Virus record (IMG/VR): IMGVR_UViG_3300035182_002586
Coordinates: 248,001-312,000 of that record
DNA length: 64,000 bases
Strand: one strand, 5' to 3'
Below are positions 54,533 through 61,280 of this stretch, one piece after another; within the stretch, counting starts at the first letter, position 1, and each line of letters opens with the position of its first letter. The translations under genes and the position numbers were made by a program. The notes beneath the pieces are model-generated. The model saw nothing but the letters and a program-made list of their open reading frames with translations, was not told the origin of the DNA and did no database searches.

Positions 54533-55591
54533 TCAGAAGTCCTTTCGGTCGACCTCGTGGTACCCGCACACTCCATCATCCAGGACGACGAACCGCTTCC
54601 CGTTGTTCGTGTCCTTCTCGTCGATACGGGTCCAGAACCGGATCTTGCGCCCCGCCCGATGGGGCAGGACGTAGAGGCACTTCTTGATGCCGGGGTTCAC
54701 GGGGTTCTCGTACGAGATGAAGAGGACGTTGCCCTTGTCCCGTACGATCATGCTCTCGGGGATGTCCCGGATCGACCGGTAGGGGACGATCGTGAAGTTG
54801 ATGTTGATGCTCCTGCCCTTGAGCGTCCCCGAGGGGATCGTCCCATGGGCGGACCCGATGGCGACGTAGCGGGCGCCCTGGAACTCGAACGTCTCCAGGA
54901 ACGGGTGGGACATCTTCGGTGCATAGCTCTCGCGCATGATGGTCCAGAGCGGCCCCTCCGACCGCATGAACGGGTGCTCGCTGAACTGCGCGAACTCGTC
55001 GTGTTCCGCCTCGTTGATCAGGTCGTAAAACTCCTCGTCGCTGATGTAGACGTGGGAGTCCGAGGGCCGGGGACCGGGGATGATCTCCGGGGAGGCCGCC
55101 AGCTCGTCCACCAGTTCCTCGTCCGACTTGCCGAGGAACCGGGTCGGAGTGCTGTCCGTGACGGGCAGCCATTGCAGACCGGGGTTCGGCGTGTTCAAGG
55201 AGGGCTTCGAGGGACCTGCGCTATCGATGGGTGCAGGCACCGGAGGAGCAGCCTCCACAGGCGCGGGCGACACTACCGCGTCTTCCCTCGCCCACTCGGG
55301 AAGACCAGTGCCCCCAATGCGGACGATAGCGTCCTGGTAGGTCGTCCTCGCGTACTTCTTGTCCGTCGAGTCCGCGTCCTTGCTCGTGAGCACCGTCCGC
55401 AGGAAGTCGTCGAGAACCCCCTTGAGGGTGCCGGCCTTGATGGCGGCGTCGATGACCTTCTCGCGGAACACCCTGACGACGAACTTCTCCGTGCCGATCT
55501 TCCTCTGCTCGCGGCTACGCCGCGACGTGGCCTCGTGGGCCTCACGCTCTTCCATGGGATCCTCGCTTGCTTGCAGCACTTGCAGAGGCAT
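54533..55591 (-). CDS. Hypothetical protein
   Basis: 352 aa; two domains joined by a Pro-rich linker; start may be 55555. Confidence 0.6.
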   Translation of the reverse strand: MPLQVLQASEDPMEEREAHEATSRRSREQRKIGTEKFVVRVFREKVIDAAIKAGTLKGVLDDFLRTVLTSKDADSTDKKYARTTYQDAIVRIGGTGLPEWAREDAVVSPAPVEAAPPVPAPIDSAGPSKPSLNTPNPGLQWLPVTDSTPTRFLGKSDEELVDELAASPEIIPGPRPSDSHVYISDEEFYDLINEAEHDEFAQFSEHPFMRSEGPLWTIMRESYAPKMSHPFLETFEFQGARYVAIGSAHGTIPSGTLKGRSININFTIVPYRSIRDIPESMIVRDKGNVLFISYENPVNPGIKKCLYVLPHRAGRKIRFWTRIDEKDTNNGKRFVVLDDGVCGYHEVDRKDF

Positions 55592-55668
55592 CCCGTTGCT
55601 TGCGTGGGGTGCCTCGGAGCAACGGACCTTGCCGCCGCTCCGAGGTCAGAGGTACACCGGAAACCCGT

Positions 55669-56262
55669 TCAGAGCTGATCGTCTGTGTCGAGTAGGCGCT
55701 CTTGCCAGGTAGGGGGTGTCAGGTCTCTACCCGCTGGCTCGAAGGTCCGCGTGAAGATGTACCCGTCCATCAGCTCGGGCGTTCGATCCCCCTCAACCCA
55801 CACGAAGCGGACTCGTACGAAAGGGCCCGTAACGACCTCCACGACACGAGCCAGGCGACCGCTGCGCCGCTCCTGCACGAGCATTTCCACGGTAGCCCAC
55901 AAGGGCTCGTGTAGGTCCGGAATGGGACCCGGATGGTGCAGGGCCTCACGGAGCTGGCGATCACGGTCCGCCTCTTGGGTTCGGCGGACGAACTCCCGCA
56001 GCTTGGGTGAGGTGAGAGACCGGTCGTGGGCGTACCGTAGATGTAGGCCGTGTAGCTCTCGCTGTTGCGGCCGTGTAGCCCCTTCGACGAAGACCACCTC
56101 AAAGTCGAAGGCGTCTGGATGGTCTATGACCTCGTGGAAGCTCACGTCTTGCACATGAGGATCACGTCGAAGCTGATCGAAGTGCCGGCGCATGAGTGTG
56201 TGATCCTCGGCCGAGAGAACCACGTACCGGAGCTGCCATCGGGCGGGGGTGGGGGTAGGCAC
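55669..56262 (-). CDS. Hypothetical protein with C-terminal PPTWQERLLDTDDQL
   Basis: GGAGGT SD; C-terminal SH3-like segment. Confidence 0.6.
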   Translation of the reverse strand: MPTPTPARWQLRYVVLSAEDHTLMRRHFDQLRRDPHVQDVSFHEVIDHPDAFDFEVVFVEGATRPQQRELHGLHLRYAHDRSLTSPKLREFVRRTQEADRDRQLREALHHPGPIPDLHEPLWATVEMLVQERRSGRLARVVEVVTGPFVRVRFVWVEGDRTPELMDGYIFTRTFEPAGRDLTPPTWQERLLDTDDQL

Positions 56263-56275
56263 GTCACCTCCGAAG

Positions 56276-56614
56276 CTATTCGTCGAAGCGGGTATCGTCG
56301 AGAACCCTCTCCCACGTGGATAGCGGGACGGGACAAGGACCGAACCCTACAACAAGAAGCACCTGGTGACGCTTCTCCCCGCCCTCCTCGTAGGTGACGT
56401 GGAAGCTCGTGTAGCCCGACCAGTGCTCTACCTGCGAGACAGCGAAGTCCTCTACGTTGAGCGCCGTCTTCACGTAGTGCGTGGCGTCGGCGTAGATCGC
56501 GGGCCCCCCCGGATCCGACAAGTGGTAGATGCGAGGAAGTTTCGAGGAAGGGCGCTCCACCCCGAGCTGCGTGAAGAGGTGCTCGGCTAGCTCCCCTTGG
56601 TCTACCGCTGCCAT
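56276..56614 (-). CDS. Hypothetical protein with C-terminal LSTWERVLDDTRFDE
   Basis: ATG 56614 chosen downstream of the upstream stop. Confidence 0.6.
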   Translation of the reverse strand: MAAVDQGELAEHLFTQLGVERPSSKLPRIYHLSDPGGPAIYADATHYVKTALNVEDFAVSQVEHWSGYTSFHVTYEEGGEKRHQVLLVVGFGPCPVPLSTWERVLDDTRFDE

Positions 56615-56676
56615 CGAGCCCCACGCCTCCGGAAAGGGGGTCAAGACAGCGTAGACCGGTGGGGATCGACGGATTC

Positions 56677-57258
56677 TCACGCCTCTTCCTCCAAGAGACG
56701 CGTCCACGCGTCCAAGGCGGGGGGCGACACTTCTTCTGCAAGCGCCTCCACATCCGTCGTGTCGGGAACCGGGGCGCGATCCCCGAAGAGGTCCGGGACG
56801 CGACGCGTCGGGGAGTAGTCCGGTAGAGGAAGTGCGACCTCGAAGCAAGCGCTGCGCTGTGCGAGCACCACCTGCCACCGGAGGCTCTCCCGTCCGTCGA
56901 GGGCCATGTAGGGTTCCGCTTGCAACGTGACCGTCAGATGCCGTGCGTGCGCACTGAAGACCCCCTCCACGTCGTGGGCCGACTCCAAGGAGAACACGTA
57001 GTCGTTGCCCTCGCCGGGCTGACCCACGGAGTCCGCGTCGAGAACCCAGTACCCACCTCGCTCAATGGTTCTTCGCGCGAAGTCGAACTGGAGTCGAGGC
57101 AACATGAGGGTGCTCGGAAGGTCTCCCATCAGAGAACGCGTGTTCTCCACGAGAACCTGAGCGGGAAGGTCATGCGTTGCCCCGAGCTGGAGAACGAGTG
57201 CCCCGGGGAAGGAATCGGGGTGGACGCGAACAACGAGCGCGGTGAAGTCGATTAGCAT
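56677..57258 (-). CDS. Hypothetical protein with C-terminal PPALDAWTRLLEEEA
   Basis: ATG 57258 overlaps the upstream stop. Confidence 0.6.
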   Translation of the reverse strand: MLIDFTALVVRVHPDSFPGALVLQLGATHDLPAQVLVENTRSLMGDLPSTLMLPRLQFDFARRTIERGGYWVLDADSVGQPGEGNDYVFSLESAHDVEGVFSAHARHLTVTLQAEPYMALDGRESLRWQVVLAQRSACFEVALPLPDYSPTRRVPDLFGDRAPVPDTTDVEALAEEVSPPALDAWTRLLEEEA

Positions 57259-57731
57259 TGAAGTTCGTTCACGATGAGGTGATCCCACAGCGAGATGCGC
57301 TTGCCCCATCCCGGCACAAGGGCCCGAAGCGCTGCGCTTACAGGCCAGAAGAACGAGTCGTAATACTGGTCGGGCCAGTGGAACTGGCCTCGGTCGTCCG
57401 TCACCCACAGCTCTTTGCCCGAGGCGTCGATGCCGATCGGGCTAACGCCAGTCGCGAAGAGCCAGCCGTAGCGCACTTCCTGGATGCGGAGAACCGCAGG
57501 GCGCCGCCGCTCGACGACGCAGTTGTGTGCGTAGTCGACCTCCTCCCCTACGGCCAACCACGAAGGGGCGGTGACACCTCGTTCGATCGGCGGTCGATAG
57601 CGCTGCCACCGGGCTCGAATCTCATCGTCCGTCAGGAAGAGGATCTGCGTGTGGCACCCCTCGATGTGACAAGGGCGCCGCCGTTTCTGGCCCGGCCGAA
57701 CCACAGGCTCCGTACCGATACCGATCGCCAT
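57252..57731 (-). CDS. Hypothetical protein with C-terminal ISLWDHLIVNELQC (start uncertain)
   Basis: ATG 57731 preferred because ATG 57797 would overlap the divergent start at 57796. Confidence 0.5.
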   Translation of the reverse strand: MAIGIGTEPVVRPGQKRRRPCHIEGCHTQILFLTDDEIRARWQRYRPPIERGVTAPSWLAVGEEVDYAHNCVVERRRPAVLRIQEVRYGWLFATGVSPIGIDASGKELWVTDDRGQFHWPDQYYDSFFWPVSAALRALVPGWGKRISLWDHLIVNELQC

Positions 57732-57778
57732 CCGCCGGCCGTGGCGGTCAACCCACCAGGATCCTCGGGGTAGCGTTG

Positions 57779-57785
57779 CGGTGTA
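57779..57785 (+). promoter_or_regulatory. CGGTGTA candidate promoter (TA at -12 of ATG 57796)
   Basis: CGGTG-TACAGC-TTGGGC-ATG; no SD. Confidence 0.5.
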
Positions 57786-57795
57786 CAGCTTGGGC

Positions 57796-58089
57796 ATGAG
57801 CCAGGTCTTGTTCCGGGGTGTGCTCTCCAACAATACACCGGTGGAGGTCATGGCCGGGTGGGACCACCCGCTCCAGCACTTCTACCTGACGATCTTCGAT
57901 CTCAGCGAAGACGCGGAGGAAGAGACCGTCTGGTCGACCATCGCGTACCCGAATACGGCAGACTCCAAGGGGACGGCCAGGCTTCGTGCGAAGCTGGTCG
58001 AAATGGGCCTTCGGGCGCCGCCGACCTTCTGGGAGCTGGTCGAAAAGAAGGAAGGGAACGCGCAGTACCACCTGTCGGTGTCGTCGTAG
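57796..58089 (+). CDS. Hypothetical protein (GWDHPLQHFYL family)
   Basis: Motif seen in small phage/plasmid hypothetical proteins. Confidence 0.55.
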   Translation: MSQVLFRGVLSNNTPVEVMAGWDHPLQHFYLTIFDLSEDAEEETVWSTIAYPNTADSKGTARLRAKLVEMGLRAPPTFWELVEKKEGNAQYHLSVSS

Positions 58090-58134
58090 GCGGGGCCCGG
58101 ATGGATCATCCCCGCGTCACGAGGTAGTAGGGTC

Positions 58135-58665
58135 ATGCGGTTTCAGGGCATCCCCCAATTCACGCGTCACCCGGGCTACGCCGTCGATCAGTCGTGGGAC
58201 GACCTCAACCTGACGATCGAGAAGTACGTGAAGGACTACGGGCTCGACCTGAACCCCGACTTCCAGCGTGGCTACGTCTGGACCCCCGAGCAGCAGACCC
58301 GCTTCATCGAGTACGGTCTCAAGGGCGGGCAGTCGGGCCGCAGCATCTACTTCAACCACCCCAACTGGAACACGGGCATCAAGCGCGAGCCGAAGAAGTT
58401 CGTCATCGTCGACGGCAAACAGCGCCTCGAAGCGGTCCTCGCCTTCCTGCGCAACGAGGTCCCCATCTTCGGCGGGCACTACTACCGCGACTTCGAGGAC
58501 AGCATGAATTGGGTCCGGCACAACTTCCGGTTCCACATCAACGACCTCAAGACGCGCGCCGAGGTCCTCCAGTGGTACCTCGATCTGAACTCGGGCGGCA
58601 CCGTCCACTCGGATGACGAGCTGAACCGCGTGCGTGCCTTGCTGGCTACGGCCAAGGGGTCGTGA
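58135..58665 (+). CDS. Stand-alone DUF262 (GmrS/SspE N-terminal ParB-like) protein
   Basis: LNPDFQRGYVW, IVDGKQRL and YLDLNSGGT are DUF262 signature motifs; no nuclease domain. Confidence 0.85.
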   Translation: MRFQGIPQFTRHPGYAVDQSWDDLNLTIEKYVKDYGLDLNPDFQRGYVWTPEQQTRFIEYGLKGGQSGRSIYFNHPNWNTGIKREPKKFVIVDGKQRLEAVLAFLRNEVPIFGGHYYRDFEDSMNWVRHNFRFHINDLKTRAEVLQWYLDLNSGGTVHSDDELNRVRALLATAKGS

Positions 58666-58666
58666 C

Positions 58667-59068
58667 GTGGTTGCCAGCTACTCGGACGAAGACAGACACT
58701 ACCTCGGCTGCATCACGGCGTGCGATGAGAAGCACCCGGAGCTGAACGTAGGGTACAACCCGTTCCGTTGGACCTACTACTCCCCGAAGTACGAACCCAA
58801 CTTCGAGTCGGAGATCCCTCGGGCGCGCAACCACCACGAACGGCGTGTGTTGGAGTCGCTTGATCCGAAGCGTGTCGAACTCGTGCGGCGCGCAGTCGGC
58901 AAGGGACGATCGGTTGCGGCGTGCAACCAAGCGTTCTTCGACATGATCGGCCACGAAGCTCCCTCGAAACCGCGCGCGCAGGCTCGCCCGACCAACCTAC
59001 CGCAGAGCCGTCAGCCTCGGTGGAAGCGAGTTGGAGCAGCCGTGATTCGGTGTACCGGCGAACGTTGA
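58667..59068 (+). CDS. Hypothetical protein
   Basis: GTG directly after the DUF262 stop. Confidence 0.45.
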   Translation: MVASYSDEDRHYLGCITACDEKHPELNVGYNPFRWTYYSPKYEPNFESEIPRARNHHERRVLESLDPKRVELVRRAVGKGRSVAACNQAFFDMIGHEAPSKPRAQARPTNLPQSRQPRWKRVGAAVIRCTGER

Positions 59069-59138
59069 CGCTCCTCGTCACGGACGCCAACGAAGGCATC
59101 ATCCGTGGACCTCAGGGCGTTGCCCGGAGGAATCACGG

Positions 59139-59456
59139 ATGGCGAAGCCGCCCTCAGACATGACCATGCTGCGCGCAGTGCTCGGGACGCAGAACTTGAA
59201 CCCGAGTGAGCGCAAGGCGTTTCAGGGGATGTACGACGACCTGGAGTTCGGCAAGCAGACGTGCCTCTCAAAGGCACAGAAGGCGTGGGTCGAGAAGAAG
59301 TTCACGGACCTCAACCTCGCGAACAAGCCACTCCCGCCGCCCCCGCCGCCGCGCACGCCGAGAGAGCGGCCGAAGATGCCGTGGGAGACCGGAGACAAGC
59401 CCCTCAAGCCCCCGGTCAGACGCTCGCCCTCTTCGGGGGGCGAAAACGAATCCTAG
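59139..59456 (+). CDS. Hypothetical protein with Pro-rich tail
   Basis: GGAGGA SD. Confidence 0.55.
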   Translation: MAKPPSDMTMLRAVLGTQNLNPSERKAFQGMYDDLEFGKQTCLSKAQKAWVEKKFTDLNLANKPLPPPPPPRTPRERPKMPWETGDKPLKPPVRRSPSSGGENES

Positions 59457-59556
59457 TAGGGAGAGGTGGGCTAGCGCTGCTGTCGCGCCAGATCCTTTCA
59501 CTTCCGCGCTCTTACAAGAGCTGGACTTCGCAGCTCAGACACAGGAGCGAGGATCG

Positions 59557-59904
59557 GTGGCGACCCGTAAGAAGACAGCCGCAACCGAGAAGGCCAAACC
59601 GAAGGCGAAAGCCAAGGCCAAGCCGAAAGTGGAGGCTCCGCCCCCGCCCGAGAAGACGCGCGACCTGATCCAGGTGTGGCTCGTGGCGCTCAAGCGTGAG
59701 CACTACGATGATGTGCCTCTGGACTGGCCCGAGCAGCTCATCTCGCCCATCCCCACGGTGGTCCTCCGTCCCCGTCCGAAGCAACAGCAGGTGTTGCCCC
59801 GGCCCGTGAGCGTTGAAGTTCTCGGGCCGGAGTCACAGATGCCGGAGCTGCGCTCCCGTCTTGGGAGCAAGTTCCAGGTCACCGTGGTGTCGGACGGAAC
59901 GTGA
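59557..59904 (+). CDS. Hypothetical protein with Lys/Ala-rich N-terminus
   Basis: GAGGA SD before GTG 59557. Confidence 0.55.
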   Translation: MATRKKTAATEKAKPKAKAKAKPKVEAPPPPEKTRDLIQVWLVALKREHYDDVPLDWPEQLISPIPTVVLRPRPKQQQVLPRPVSVEVLGPESQMPELRSRLGSKFQVTVVSDGT

Positions 59905-59936
59905 CAAGACGGAGGGTACGCCCTACCCTCTCGGCC

Positions 59937-60119
59937 ATGAGCGACGACGCGATGATCATCCTCGTGGCCGTGGGGTTCATCGTGTTCGTCACCCTTCTTG
60001 TGGTGATCCTTCGACGCGGCGATTCGGGCTCCGGGTGGTCCTCCGGCAGCTCAGGAGATCACGTCGGAGACAGCGTAGATCTCGTGGGAGATCTGATCGA
60101 CGTTTTCCTCGACGACTAG
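59937..60119 (+). CDS. Small single-pass membrane protein
   Basis: IILVAVGFIVFVTLLVVIL TM helix followed by RR, a GS linker and an acidic amphipathic tail. Confidence 0.55.
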   Translation: MSDDAMIILVAVGFIVFVTLLVVILRRGDSGSGWSSGSSGDHVGDSVDLVGDLIDVFLDD

Positions 60120-60123
60120 CTCG

Positions 60124-60894
60124 TCACACCTCTGCGTAGACGATGCAGTCCTGGTTCCAGAGGAGCCCCTCGCAGTGCACCTTGTCGGGCGGCTGGATGA
60201 TACAGACCCCGCCCTCTCCGAAGTTGTTGTTCGCCTCGCGACCGTAGCGGTTCGAGACGACGAGGGTGCAGCGGTTGCTCTCCACGAAGTCCATCCAAGC
60301 GGTCGCGGGGAAGCCCCCGTCACCGAAGTTGGCGCTGAACGCCACGATGTCGGCGTCACCCCTCTCGTAGAGGGAGGTCCACTTGTCGTTGACCCGATCC
60401 CGGATGTCACGGCAGATGAGTAGTCCGACCTTCTTCTCGACCCCACCGAGGTCGAGGGTAGCGACCGGGGGGTTGGCCCTGCCCGGTTTGGCCCAACAGT
60501 GATCCTGGCCCCAACGGTTAATTTTTCGGTACGAGTACATCTCCCCCGTGGGGGTCACGAGAGCCTGTGCATTGTAGAGGTCACCGTTACCTACGTCGAC
60601 TTCCACGAGACCCCACGCAATGTGGACTCCAAGATTTCGGGCCAGCTTGGACATCACGAGAACGCTGTCCCCGCCTTCGAACTCGTCCGCGCCAAAGTGC
60701 GCAATGGGTTCGGCGAACGGCCGAGCCTCAGCGGGCGACATCATCGAGTAGCCGGTCGTGCACAGCTCAGGGAGGACGACGAGCTTCGCTCCGCCCGCCG
60801 CAGCCTCCGTAACAAGGGAAGCCAGACGGCGAAGGTTCTCCATCTTCTGACCGTACTTGGCGGCGAATTGGACGGCAGCGACGCGCACCTTCAT
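60124..60894 (-). CDS. Carbon-nitrogen hydrolase (nitrilase superfamily)
   Basis: VAAVQF, LVVLPEL (Glu), YRKIN (Lys) and GLLICRD (Cys) give an intact E-K-C triad. Confidence 0.9.
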   Translation of the reverse strand: MKVRVAAVQFAAKYGQKMENLRRLASLVTEAAAGGAKLVVLPELCTTGYSMMSPAEARPFAEPIAHFGADEFEGGDSVLVMSKLARNLGVHIAWGLVEVDVGNGDLYNAQALVTPTGEMYSYRKINRWGQDHCWAKPGRANPPVATLDLGGVEKKVGLLICRDIRDRVNDKWTSLYERGDADIVAFSANFGDGGFPATAWMDFVESNRCTLVVSNRYGREANNNFGEGGVCIIQPPDKVHCEGLLWNQDCIVYAEV

Positions 60895-60896
60895 AC

Positions 60897-61280
60897 CTAC
60901 CCCCCTCTGATAGAAGAGTTCTTCGTGTGCTCTGCGATCAGAGCACACCACCGTGTGAACTCAGACACAGGGAGTGCGTTGCGCATCAAGTTCACCACCT
61001 TGTGGACCCACTGAACGTTCCCAGGCACGTAGCCTTTCGTGTTGTCAACACGGTCTAGGGATGCAGTCGTCCGTGAGTTCCTCCCCGCCTCAAATATAAG
61101 AGGCTCTCCCGAGATCGCGCACTTGCGTTCCTGCCTCTCGAACAGGCTCCACGCGTGCTCCATGGTGAGGTTGAACTCAATACCCCTACGAGCAGCCCCT
61201 TCGATGTACCCCGTCCAAAAGCTCGCTCGTATCTCTTTGAACCCCTTGAAGGTAGCTGTGGGAGAAGGCGCCGAGGACAC
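60897..61280 (-). CDS. Small HNH-like endonuclease
   Basis: AARRGIEFNLT...CAISG...SLDRVDNTKGYVPGNVQWVHKVVNLMRN; same family as 19032-19400; overlaps the 3' end of the upstream gene. Confidence 0.75.
   Translation of the reverse strand: MSSAPSPTATFKGFKEIRASFWTGYIEGAARRGIEFNLTMEHAWSLFERQERKCAISGEPLIFEAGRNSRTTASLDRVDNTKGYVPGNVQWVHKVVNLMRNALPVSEFTRWCALIAEHTKNSSIRGG

Noticed and set aside
57781-57851. Head-to-head overlapping start codons (CATG at 57795-57798) as a regulatory device
   Set aside because: More simply explained by a downstream start (57731) for the minus-strand gene.
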